Below are positions 18,565 through 27,360 of a stretch of 64,000 nucleotides of DNA, one piece after another. Location: positions 194,022-258,021 of the IMG/VR virus record IMGVR_UViG_3300022744_000001. One strand, written 5' to 3'. A program made the translations under genes and the position numbers. Under the pieces are notes generated by a model that searched no databases, was not told where the DNA came from, and was given only the letters and a program-made list of their open reading frames with translations. Position 1 is the stretch's first letter. Each line of letters starts with the position of its first letter. The DNA comes from a virus.

Positions 18565-19500
18565 GTGACGGCGAAGAAACTGGACTATGAGGCGCTCAAG
18601 TCAACCATCAAGAAGGCGCCAAAAAAGGCCACAAAGAAGGCCAAAAGCGAACCCCCGGCCGAGCCAGCAGCACAGCCGTTCCTCAAGTGGGCAGGTGGAA
18701 AGCGGAAGTTGCTCAACCGCATCCTCCCCAAGGTACCGGCGAGCATTGACACGTACTACGAGCCATTCCTTGGAGGCGGTGCGGTCTTTTTCGCGCTCGT
18801 AGCTCGAGGGGTCAAGTTCAAGCGGGCCGTGCTCAACGACCTGAACACGGACCTCATGGAGACCTACCAGGTCATCCAATCAGAAGCCGTCCACGACCTC
18901 ATCGCACTGCTCCAGACGTACCAACACAGTCGGGAGTTCTACAACCATTTGCGCATGATCGTACCCAAGACGGTCAACTCCAAAATCGTTCGAGCGGCTC
19001 GATTCATCTACCTCAACAAGACCGGGTTCAACGGGCTCTACCGGGTTAACAAAAAGGGCGAGTTCAATGTGCCCTTCGGCAAGTACAAAGACCCGACCAT
19101 TTGCGACCAGGAGGGCCTCCTACGGGCGCACAAGGTGCTTCAAGGGGTCGAGCTAGTCTCGATGGATTTCGACGCTTGCCTCGCCCCCGCAGGGCCCCAG
19201 GACTTCGTTTACTTCGACCCGCCCTACCTCCCCATCAGCGAGACGAGCAGCTTCACAGCGTACACGTCTGGTGGGTTCCCCATCACCGAGCACCGACGAC
19301 TGGCTGAAACGTTCTTCTCCCTGGGCGAGAGAGGCACCAAGGTGGTCCTCTCCAACTCCATCGCCACCGCTGTCCGAAAGCTCTACACGCGGGAACCCGC
19401 GGTCGTTGAAGAGGTAGAAGCCCCCAGGTCTATCAACTCCAAGGGGGATAAACGAGGAAACGTTGGGGAACTGCTAGTTTCCATCGGGGTTAGCAGTTGA
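18565..19500 (+). CDS. dam: DNA adenine methyltransferase (Dam family, N6-adenine)
   Basis: It carries FLKWAGGKRKLL, YYEPFLGGGAVFF (motif I) and DPPY (motif IV). A lysine-rich N-terminal extension precedes them. Confidence 0.85.
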   Translation: MTAKKLDYEALKSTIKKAPKKATKKAKSEPPAEPAAQPFLKWAGGKRKLLNRILPKVPASIDTYYEPFLGGGAVFFALVARGVKFKRAVLNDLNTDLMETYQVIQSEAVHDLIALLQTYQHSREFYNHLRMIVPKTVNSKIVRAARFIYLNKTGFNGLYRVNKKGEFNVPFGKYKDPTICDQEGLLRAHKVLQGVELVSMDFDACLAPAGPQDFVYFDPPYLPISETSSFTAYTSGGFPITEHRRLAETFFSLGERGTKVVLSNSIATAVRKLYTREPAVVEEVEAPRSINSKGDKRGNVGELLVSIGVSS

Positions 19501-19533
19501 ACTACTGGGTTTCTGCATGCCATACTCCCAGGC

Positions 19534-20061
19534 ATGAAGAAGCCCGCAGGGAAACCAAAGCGCGAAGTGGTGGACCATCACCGCGACGTTGACCCCAAAT
19601 CCTTCGAGGGGAAGACGGTCAAGCGGGTGGACGCGCACGCGGTCAACATCATCAAGTTCGAGTTCACGGACGGCACGAAGACCTCGCTCGAGACCGAAGC
19701 TGTGGGTCATGGGCTCATCGGCATCGTCCAGTGCGATGAGTGCGCGGACCTATGCTCCCCCGACGGCATTCCTTGGGTCACGGACCGCCCCACGGTCCCC
19801 GGGGCATACTGGGTAACTCAGAAGCTACCCAAGGGAGAGATCGTCGATTGCGTGCGGTTTGTGCAACATGATGGCGGCCTCTTCACAATGAAGGGGTACG
19901 GCGTCGCCTGCTTCACGAAATTCGCGGGCCCCCTGGCCACCCCCGCTGGGCTCGAGGAGCCTTCCGAGCCCGAGCCCCAGGAGAAGCGGGATTTGTCCGA
20001 CCTCAAGCGCCTCTGGCCGCCGGGGCGGCCCAAGACCAAGCGCGCCACGAAGCGGAAGTGA
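19534..20061 (+). CDS. hypothetical protein
   Basis: 175 aa, basic C-terminus. Confidence 0.45.
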   Translation: MKKPAGKPKREVVDHHRDVDPKSFEGKTVKRVDAHAVNIIKFEFTDGTKTSLETEAVGHGLIGIVQCDECADLCSPDGIPWVTDRPTVPGAYWVTQKLPKGEIVDCVRFVQHDGGLFTMKGYGVACFTKFAGPLATPAGLEEPSEPEPQEKRDLSDLKRLWPPGRPKTKRATKRK

Positions 20062-20693
20062 GTTTAGATTCGGACCCCCTCGCGCGTTACCAAGCCATGA
20101 AGTACCCCAGACCGTACAAGCCTGAGCCAGTGCCCTACCCGGAGTTTGCCCCCTACTTCAAAGGGCACGCGCTCAAATTCCGCCGCGGCCTCAGCGGCAA
20201 CTGGGTCGAGAACGACGTCGTGTTCATCGGGGACGGGTCGTACGCTTTTGGGGGCCCCGAAGATGAGACCCCGCTTCATCGCAGCATGCTGGCTCACGAG
20301 ATGGCCCATTTCGTGGAGATCGACCAGCGCCGGTGCGGGAGCTACGGCTGGGGGCTCAAGGTCCACGAAGTAACCGTCCTCGGGCAAAAGTACGCAGAGC
20401 CGCGGACTCGGCAGTGTGCGGAGCGGGAAGGCCGCGTTCTGGCCTACCAATTCAACCTGCTCGAGCATCTTGGGCTGCTCCATGAGGAAACCGCCCTCAA
20501 CGCAGTGAAAGCCGTGGTGAATTTCACCCCCGACTGGATCCACATTCCTCGCCGAAGTGACCCTGGCCGCATCCAATGGCTATTGCGTCTCGTCGAGAAG
20601 AACCGCAAAACCTACACTTTCGAGCGTTTCAACGAGGAATGGTGGCGCCGGAGCGAAGTGCTGAAAGCCCGTCAGCAAAGGAAAGCGTCATGA
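20058..20693 (+). CDS. HExxH-motif protein (putative zinc metallopeptidase-like)
   Basis: SMLAHEMAHFVEID. Confidence 0.45.
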   Translation: MSLDSDPLARYQAMKYPRPYKPEPVPYPEFAPYFKGHALKFRRGLSGNWVENDVVFIGDGSYAFGGPEDETPLHRSMLAHEMAHFVEIDQRRCGSYGWGLKVHEVTVLGQKYAEPRTRQCAEREGRVLAYQFNLLEHLGLLHEETALNAVKAVVNFTPDWIHIPRRSDPGRIQWLLRLVEKNRKTYTFERFNEEWWRRSEVLKARQQRKAS

Positions 20694-21211
20694 CCCCCAA
20701 AGCCCCACGCCTCACCGCTCTGGCCAAGGCCATCAACGAAAAGGTCCCTGGAGTGGTAGCCCGCGTCCAGGAAGCCTATGTGAACACGGATCGGAAGATC
20801 CCCGGGTCCCGGCTGCGCTCGCCTGGCAAGGGGCGGCACGGGAACCGGCTCTTCGTCTGGGACTCCGACAGCGTGGTGGTGATCGACCACAACAGCGCCG
20901 AAACCTACCGAACCAACGCCGAAGCCGCCGAGCAGGTCGAGAAGCTCTGGGGCCGGATCTGGGAGCCCGGGGCCACCCTCGATCCCAAGATCCTGGAGTT
21001 CCAGAAGAAGCTACGCACAAGCCTCCACACTCGAGGGTTCGCGCGTAACAACGACTACAGTTTTAGCTGGAATTCCGACGACGGTTACCTTCAGGTGCAG
21101 CTGTATCTCTCCCACTTCCACATCCAAGGACGGGTAGGAGAGACAAGGGTAAACAAGACCTACCGCTACAACCGAATCAGCGTGAAACTACAAGGAGTTG
21201 CAGGGCTATGA
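20690..21211 (+). CDS. hypothetical protein
   Basis: ATGA overlap. 173 aa. Confidence 0.45.
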   Translation: MTPKAPRLTALAKAINEKVPGVVARVQEAYVNTDRKIPGSRLRSPGKGRHGNRLFVWDSDSVVVIDHNSAETYRTNAEAAEQVEKLWGRIWEPGATLDPKILEFQKKLRTSLHTRGFARNNDYSFSWNSDDGYLQVQLYLSHFHIQGRVGETRVNKTYRYNRISVKLQGVAGL

Positions 21212-21420
21212 AACACAGTGATTTCACGCTTGGTTTGGTGTTCATGATGTCCGGTCGCCGTTGGCGGTGCACGGACGTCGGGACGCGCATCATCGCGGCG
21301 ATCTGCCTTGAGGGCTACGAGGACACCTCGTGGTTCAACGGGCCTCCCTACGCCGTCGATGAGGTTGTGATTGACGAGGACGACTTCCCCGCGTGCGAGC
21401 CTGTGGAACAGATCGGATGA
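21208..21420 (+). CDS. hypothetical protein
   Basis: 70 aa. Confidence 0.35.
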   Translation: MKHSDFTLGLVFMMSGRRWRCTDVGTRIIAAICLEGYEDTSWFNGPPYAVDEVVIDEDDFPACEPVEQIG

Positions 21421-21522
21421 GGCTGCCCCCCCCAAGGAGCAGCACTCGGCCGACTTCACTGCCTACATTTTTCAACTACCTTGCAAACGCAAGGACGTTA
21501 GCATAGCAGATTCGAGGCCCTG

Positions 21523-22107
21523 ATGGAACCCCCTGTCACATACCACCCGAAGTTCGTCGCGGATCCCGACCTCGCTCTCAAGACGCTCCAGAACGAACTG
21601 GAGTGGGAGCGAAGGTCGGATGCGCCTCGGTCGGAATACTACTGCAACGACTTCCAGAAGCCCTATGTCTACGGCCGCGGTAATGGTCGAAGGACGTACA
21701 TGCCTCGCCCCTACCACCCGGTGGTGATGCAGATCCGGAGCCAGCTGGAGACGCTCTTGACCCATTGGTTCGAGGTCTGCTTCCTGAACCGCTACCTCGA
21801 CCAGAGCGACCACCTGGGCTGGCACGCGGACGACTCCCCGGAGATGGACGACCTGCGGCCCATTGCCGTCGTGTCCTTGGGCGTCGAGCGCGAGATCTGG
21901 TTCCGCCCGAAGGTGGCCCCTCTGCCTGACGGGGTCGTGTCGCTCGCGGACGTCCAGAAGCTCAAGCTCGAGCACGGAAGCCTCTGCGTCATGGCGCCGG
22001 GCATGCAGGACGCCTGGGAGCACCGAATCCCCAAAGCCTCGTTCAAGTGCGGCGAGCGCATCAGCTTGACCTTCCGCGGCTACGTTGAGCCCCCGGTGCT
22101 GCCATGA
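21523..22107 (+). CDS. alkB: AlkB-like 2OG-Fe(II) dioxygenase (alkylation repair)
   Basis: LGWHADDSPEMDDLRPIAVVSLG...ISLTFRGY aligns with the E. coli AlkB HxD...H core and the RxNLTFR motif. Confidence 0.75.
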   Translation: MEPPVTYHPKFVADPDLALKTLQNELEWERRSDAPRSEYYCNDFQKPYVYGRGNGRRTYMPRPYHPVVMQIRSQLETLLTHWFEVCFLNRYLDQSDHLGWHADDSPEMDDLRPIAVVSLGVEREIWFRPKVAPLPDGVVSLADVQKLKLEHGSLCVMAPGMQDAWEHRIPKASFKCGERISLTFRGYVEPPVLP

Positions 22108-22541
22108 ACAAGACCGACAAGAAAAGCCTTTGGGACCAAGCCCACGCCCTCCTGGACGCCACTGAGGATGATGACCGGGACAAGCTCGACCGGCTCATCC
22201 ACGAGCGCAACCGAGAGAAAAACCAGGAGTTGCCCCACCCCACGTGCTGCACACGCGGCGGTAGGTACATCTTCTGCGTCCTGCAAAACTCGGATGAACC
22301 CCCGAGATGGGAGCACAAGTTCCGCTCCACGTTCGACCCGAAGCAGTCGGGGGACGAGTTCCTCGAAATTGAGTTCTGCCCGTTCTGCGGCACAAAGCTG
22401 CCCGAGCTGCGCAAGAAGGCGGAGCCCCCGCCACACGTCTTCGACCTGGAAGATGAATACCAGTGCTCAGGGTGCGGAGGACGGCACCTGTGCATCTGCT
22501 CGTACCCCGAATCGGCCTGGGAAATCGTACCCAAGGAGTGA
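22104..22541 (+). CDS. Cys-rich zinc-binding protein
   Basis: CPFCG ... CSGCGGRHLCIC. Confidence 0.45.
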   Translation: MNKTDKKSLWDQAHALLDATEDDDRDKLDRLIHERNREKNQELPHPTCCTRGGRYIFCVLQNSDEPPRWEHKFRSTFDPKQSGDEFLEIEFCPFCGTKLPELRKKAEPPPHVFDLEDEYQCSGCGGRHLCICSYPESAWEIVPKE

Positions 22542-22544
22542 GCC

Positions 22545-22967
22545 ATGCTATTGAGGAACGAAGACGGCACGTACACTGCGGACGCGAGAGATGTCATCGT
22601 CATTCTCTTCCGACCCGACACGAAACGCTACCACGTGGCCTTCTACGAGTGGCACCCCCTCCCCGGAGAGCTGAGCCGAGAGAAGCCTCTCGAGATCCTG
22701 CGCTTGAAGTCCAAGATGCACCACACGCTGGGAGCCGAAACCCGCGAAGAAGCGCTCAAGCAGCTCACAGACATGCGCTTGAAGCTCAAAATCGAAGACC
22801 GAAACGTGAACCAGGCTCACGTCTACCCCTGGGACGGCGAGCAGGGGCACGTCTGGTTTGTGCGCCCTTGGGACGATTGCGCATTCCAGGACATCAACCC
22901 CGGAGAGCTGCACGTCGAGGCCCGGTGTAGCTCGGAGCATGCACCAGAAAGTCCTCGACTACATTAA
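22545..22967 (+). CDS. hypothetical protein
   Basis: 140 aa. Confidence 0.45.
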   Translation: MLLRNEDGTYTADARDVIVILFRPDTKRYHVAFYEWHPLPGELSREKPLEILRLKSKMHHTLGAETREEALKQLTDMRLKLKIEDRNVNQAHVYPWDGEQGHVWFVRPWDDCAFQDINPGELHVEARCSSEHAPESPRLH

Positions 22968-23886
22968 AGAGCTGACCAAGCGGGACTCCAAAACCCTGAG
23001 CCAGAAAGGCTTGAAGGGTGCTGAGGAGCTTGGAGAGCTGGCAAAGCTCATCCTCCCGTTCGAGAACGCCGCGGCGACCACGCACCGGTTCGTGACCCGC
23101 ATGAGGCTTCTGGAAGAGGCCGTGGACACCATCACGGTCATGCTGTCCATCGCTTACGAGCTGGGATTCTCCGATGACGAGATCGGCCAGATGATGGACC
23201 GGAAGACCACGAAGTGGGCAAACCGGCTCGCTCGAGAGGGCCGAATCAAATACCCGATCCCCTACGAAATCCATGTGACCGTCGCGGCCAGCCAGTCCGT
23301 AGAGACAGAGGAGGAGGTAAAACTGTTCAAGGGCTTCTGCGACGTTCTCGGGGTCAAGCCCATCCTCCTCGACCTGCACACGCGCGGCGGCCCCATCAAA
23401 GACCTCATGACATCCAGCGTCTTTCGTGGGGACAACAAGGGGGCCCTCGCGGAGGTCAAGCGCATCTCCGAACAGCTCACGAACTGCGGGTACAAGGTTC
23501 TGCGGGAGAAGATCGAGACCATCCCGTGGCACCCGGCCGCGCCCTCCAAGGAGGACGAAACCCCCACGATGCCCCCCGGCTGCTACTTCGAATGCCACCT
23601 CAACGTGGTGTGCACGGAGGACCGCCGCAAAGCACTGGAGATGCACGCCAACACGCACGGGGCCAAGATGAGCCGCAACGTGTTCAAGAAGATCTCCGGC
23701 GAGACCTTCACCATCATGGTGACATACCGCTCCTACGATGCTATTTACGAGGATTTCAGCGAGAAAGTTGAGAAGTTGAAAGCCAGTCTCGCAAAGTATG
23801 GCTTCGAATTCGAAAAGGAAATCGTGGAGTTCTCGCTTTACGACACGCGGGTGAGCCACGACGCCAAGTGGATGTTGGAGGGATGA
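22939..23886 (+). CDS. MazG-like nucleotide pyrophosphohydrolase domain protein with C-terminal extension
   Basis: The N-terminal all-alpha EELGELAKLIL...EEAVDTITVMLSIAYELG pattern matches the MazG family. The C-terminal 200 aa is unassigned. Confidence 0.5.
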   Translation: MHQKVLDYIKELTKRDSKTLSQKGLKGAEELGELAKLILPFENAAATTHRFVTRMRLLEEAVDTITVMLSIAYELGFSDDEIGQMMDRKTTKWANRLAREGRIKYPIPYEIHVTVAASQSVETEEEVKLFKGFCDVLGVKPILLDLHTRGGPIKDLMTSSVFRGDNKGALAEVKRISEQLTNCGYKVLREKIETIPWHPAAPSKEDETPTMPPGCYFECHLNVVCTEDRRKALEMHANTHGAKMSRNVFKKISGETFTIMVTYRSYDAIYEDFSEKVEKLKASLAKYGFEFEKEIVEFSLYDTRVSHDAKWMLEG

Positions 23887-24080
23887 TGTCAAAGCACTAC
23901 TTGCAACCGCCTCGTCGTTTCCCCCACCCTCCGAGCTGGATTGCTGTGTTTCTGTTCGCGGCGGCGTGGAACGCGCTCGTAGAGCAGAGCTGGTGGGGTG
24001 CGCTCTTCTGCCTGGCCCTGGCCTTGATCCCCATGTCCAAGATTCTGGGCGCCATTGACCGGCGCATTTTTCCAAGGTGA
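23883..24080 (+). CDS. small membrane protein
   Basis: ATGA overlap. One hydrophobic helix. Confidence 0.3.
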   Translation: MMSKHYLQPPRRFPHPPSWIAVFLFAAAWNALVEQSWWGALFCLALALIPMSKILGAIDRRIFPR

Positions 24081-24649
24081 AGTCAATGGAAGTTGTCAGT
24101 TTGTGTGAGGCGTTGGCCAAGCGGTGGATGAAGGGGCAGCGGCCGACCGTAAGCGGCCACCGGGAGGCATGGCGGCACCCGGAGGACGCGGTCCGGATTC
24201 TCGACTCCTGGCCGGTCCCCGTCAACACATGGAACCCCAACTACCTCCCGTACCTCAAGAGCGTCCTGTGGCTTCACGACGTCATCGAGGATGGTGAGCA
24301 CGAGGAGGGTCGGCCGATCACGGACCAAGACCTGCTCTCCGCGGGCATCCCGCACAACATCACCCGGGACGTCGTTCACATGAGCAAGCGCCCGTCTGAG
24401 AACAAGGACGCTTTCCTGACCCGTCTTTTCAAGGAAGGGTCCTGGGTCGCCAAGCTCTGCAAGTGCATAGACCGCAACTGCAACCTTCACGACGGCATCG
24501 CAGTGTTCAAAGACGACCGCTGGGCCCGGTACGTGGTCGAGACTGAACGGCACATCCTTCCCTTCGCCGACGCCAACTGCCCGTGGTTTGCAGCAGAGAT
24601 GCGCATTGTCATCGCTGCTAGACCCTTACAAGCGGAGAAAACGACATGA
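24077..24649 (+). CDS. HD-domain phosphohydrolase, SpoT/Mesh1-type small alarmone hydrolase-like
   Basis: LWLHDVIEDG matches HDxxED, and AKLCKCIDRNCNLHD resembles the RelA/SpoT KLADRLHNMR motif. Confidence 0.55.
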   Translation: MKSMEVVSLCEALAKRWMKGQRPTVSGHREAWRHPEDAVRILDSWPVPVNTWNPNYLPYLKSVLWLHDVIEDGEHEEGRPITDQDLLSAGIPHNITRDVVHMSKRPSENKDAFLTRLFKEGSWVAKLCKCIDRNCNLHDGIAVFKDDRWARYVVETERHILPFADANCPWFAAEMRIVIAARPLQAEKTT

Positions 24650-24793
24650 TTACCCTAGCTGCTCTATTGGCCATACTCGAGGGCAAGGTACACGACGTCC
24701 TGGATTGGATCAGCGATCTCATCCTTTCGTTCTGGCCCGAAGCTGGAGTGGCTGTCGAGATCAACCAGGAGCTGTAGCTGGTGTAGGGAGGGC

Positions 24794-26020
24794 ATGGCAT
24801 ATGACCTGATCTGGAAAGCAGACGAAGCCCTCCCAAAACCCCAACCCGTTGCTGTCTGTGCGCGCGAACCTCTCCCCGATCGCACACGAAAAAGCATCTT
24901 CCTCGCAGGCCCGACGCCGCGAGACCAGAACACGCCGAGCTGGCGGCCCGAAGCTCTCCGCATCTTGGACAAGCTTGGGTATGACGGCTACGTCTTCATT
25001 CCCGAGGACCGTTCAGGTACCTTCTCCGGCGACTACACGGCACAGGTGGAGTGGGAGACGGCCGCGCTGAACGTGGCCGACATCATCGTCTTCTGGGTAC
25101 CTCGCGACATGAAGACCATGCCTGCCTTGACCACGAATGTCGAGTTCGGCATCTGGATGGATTCCGGCAAAGTCGTTTTGGGGGCGCCGGATTCAGCCGT
25201 GAAAAACACCTACCTCAAGTGGTGGGCGAGCAACCTGAAGGTACCTTTCTCCAACAGTCTCGAGACCACGCTGCAAGCGGCCATCGACGCCATTGGAGAC
25301 GGGGCTTCCCGCTGGGGTGGCGAAGCGCAAGTGCCGCTCCACATCTGGAAGCACCCGACCTTCCAAGGCTGGCTGCGAGCCCAGAAGGGGGCGGGCAACC
25401 GCCTCGATGGGGCCAAGGTCCTCTGGAGCTTCCGCGTAGGTCCAGAGCGCAAGAAGACGTTCGCTTGGGCCCTCCACGTGAACGTCTACGTGGCCTCCGA
25501 GGATCGAAACAAGACCAACGAGTTCGTGTTCGGTCGAGTCGATATCGCCTCTGTGGTCCTCTACCACCGAGACGACACGCACATGGACAAGGAGACCGAC
25601 GTGGACGTCATCCTGGTGCGTGAGTTCCGCTCCCCCGCACGTACGTCAGACGGGTTCATCGTCGAGCTGCCTGCGGGCAGCATCGAGAAGCTCGACCCCA
25701 AATCGGCCGCGCTGAAGGAGCTGGAGGAGGAGACCGGGGTCAAACTCGACCCGAACCGCCTTCGCCTGGTAGGTACCAAACAGGTGGCGGGTACCCTCTC
25801 TGCTCACACTTCGGTCGTTTACGCCGCCGCGATCGAATATGAGGAGTACGAAGAAATTCTCCGAACCATGGGAAAAGTCCGAGGGGTCGCTGAGGATACC
25901 GAGCGCACCACAATCACGGTAGACCGCCTCGACCATCTGCTCAGCGGAGCGAATGGTACCGAGGTAGATTGGGCGACCTTGGGGATGATCAGTGCCGCAG
26001 TTCTGACCCACAGTGATTGA
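24794..26020 (+). CDS. nucleoside 2-deoxyribosyltransferase-like domain fused to Nudix hydrolase
   Basis: The N-terminal half reads IFLAGP...TNVEFGIW, matching the NDT/SLOG fold. The C-terminal half carries the Nudix box ELPAGSIEKLDPKSAALKELEEETGV. Confidence 0.65.
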   Translation: MAYDLIWKADEALPKPQPVAVCAREPLPDRTRKSIFLAGPTPRDQNTPSWRPEALRILDKLGYDGYVFIPEDRSGTFSGDYTAQVEWETAALNVADIIVFWVPRDMKTMPALTTNVEFGIWMDSGKVVLGAPDSAVKNTYLKWWASNLKVPFSNSLETTLQAAIDAIGDGASRWGGEAQVPLHIWKHPTFQGWLRAQKGAGNRLDGAKVLWSFRVGPERKKTFAWALHVNVYVASEDRNKTNEFVFGRVDIASVVLYHRDDTHMDKETDVDVILVREFRSPARTSDGFIVELPAGSIEKLDPKSAALKELEEETGVKLDPNRLRLVGTKQVAGTLSAHTSVVYAAAIEYEEYEEILRTMGKVRGVAEDTERTTITVDRLDHLLSGANGTEVDWATLGMISAAVLTHSD

Positions 26021-26041
26021 GGACTGGTGTAGTACCCAGGC

Positions 26042-26905
26042 ATGAACGTCTATGGAATCTCAGGGCTGAAGGGTCACGGGAAAGACTCTCTTGCAAAAGC
26101 CATTCAAGGCGAGAGCGGGGACTTTCGTATCACTCACTTCGCGTTCGAGTTGAAGCGCCTCGGTGGGGTCATTTTCGGCCTCACCGATGCTCAGATGCAC
26201 GATCAGCTGTTGAAGGAGTTACCTCTCCCTGAGCCCGTCCACATGGACGAGTTTCTCCCGGCGATGCGCGAGCAGACGGGGCTGGACATTCAACCCGCGG
26301 AGAAGGTTGCCAACACCCCTCGAGAGGTTTTGCAGTACCTGGGTACCGAGTACGTTCGTCGAGCCAGACAGTCTTACTGGGTCGATTGCGTGCTCAAGGA
26401 AATCATGGACGTGGGGGACTTCTTCCTCGTCCCTGACACTCGGTACCCGAACGAGGCCGACGCGCTCCGGTCCATCGGAGGCAAGGTCATCAAGGTCAAG
26501 CGCATCGACATCCCTGAGCACACGGACGGGCACTCGAGCGAGACCGAGATGGCGAAGATCGACCCGGACCTGCTCCTGGGCACGGTTACCGGCGGGTTCG
26601 GGCTCCAATCCAAAGTGGCCGCGTTGATTGCTCGGGGCCAGTTCGAGGAGGCCAAGAAGTACGACTACCGCCGAATCGAACGAGCTTTGGCGGAGTTCAG
26701 GGCCGGTGGCACAACCCGGGACGTGGCCCATACGCTCGAGCTGCACCTGGTGGACGCAGAATTCGTTCTCGATTACTACAAAATCAACTGCAAACGGTGT
26801 CTTGGGTATCGACGGTTCATTGACGGCGAGCTAGACCGAGGCCAAGTTGGCTTCGAAATCATGTCCTGTCAGGACTGCAAGGTGATTGACCCACGGCTTT
26901 CATGA
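26042..26905 (+). CDS. deoxynucleoside monophosphate kinase (T4 gp1-like) with C-terminal zinc ribbon
   Basis: ISGLKGHGKDSLAKAI matches the T4 dNMP kinase LSGVKRSGKDTTADFI. C-terminal CKRC...CQDC. Confidence 0.6.
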   Translation: MNVYGISGLKGHGKDSLAKAIQGESGDFRITHFAFELKRLGGVIFGLTDAQMHDQLLKELPLPEPVHMDEFLPAMREQTGLDIQPAEKVANTPREVLQYLGTEYVRRARQSYWVDCVLKEIMDVGDFFLVPDTRYPNEADALRSIGGKVIKVKRIDIPEHTDGHSSETEMAKIDPDLLLGTVTGGFGLQSKVAALIARGQFEEAKKYDYRRIERALAEFRAGGTTRDVAHTLELHLVDAEFVLDYYKINCKRCLGYRRFIDGELDRGQVGFEIMSCQDCKVIDPRLS

Positions 26906-27159
26906 GGCTGTCCATGAGCGATCTCTACCGAGAAATCTGCAAGTGCGGGGCCCCAACGGTGCCCACCGACTACAACGTAGCGGGCACTGAGGTACAGATC
27001 GCTCTACTCTGCCAAACCTGCCAAGAAGAGGCCGAGTGGGAACACCTAGCCCTTCGGGCGGAGTTCAACCAGCTCCTCGAGCAGGGCGTTCACCGGGCTA
27101 TGGCCAACCGCATCATGATTGTCCGTATGGAGCATCGTCGAGCAAGTCAAACCGGCTGA
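26902..27159 (+). CDS. small Cys-rich protein
   Basis: CKCG...CQTCQ. Confidence 0.4.
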   Translation: MRLSMSDLYREICKCGAPTVPTDYNVAGTEVQIALLCQTCQEEAEWEHLALRAEFNQLLEQGVHRAMANRIMIVRMEHRRASQTG

Positions 27160-27349
27160 GAAGCCGGGGTTTGTGCTCGCACTCGAGATAGCGACATACG
27201 CAGTTGTCCCGGCAATGGCAAGTCTCGGGGTCCGAGCCGTCATGTACACATGACGCAAGCCCCAACTTCCGTAGACCGTGCTCGAAATACGCCTTGGCCG
27301 CAGCCATGCGAGCAGCGCGTTGCAACTCTCTCAGACGTACAACGAGCAT
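27113..27349 (-). CDS. small Cys-rich protein ending LLSRFDLLDDAPYGQS
   Basis: CHCRDNCVCRYLECEH, followed by the shared SRFDL tail. Confidence 0.45.
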   Translation of the reverse strand: MLVVRLRELQRAARMAAAKAYFEHGLRKLGLASCVHDGSDPETCHCRDNCVCRYLECEHKPRLLSRFDLLDDAPYGQS

Positions 27350-27360
27350 GCTGCATGCTC

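Noticed and set aside
22894-24240. 448 aa minus-strand ORF across the MazG and HD genes
   Set aside because: It is antisense to three well-supported + strand genes and has Arg/Gly-rich low-information composition.
22939-24649. MazG + HD as MazZ/DatZ of a Z-base (2-aminoadenine) genome
   Set aside because: No PurZ-like gene is in the window, and the HD protein has SpoT-type HDxxED/KL..R..NL motifs rather than dNTPase features. I kept it only as a check suggestion.
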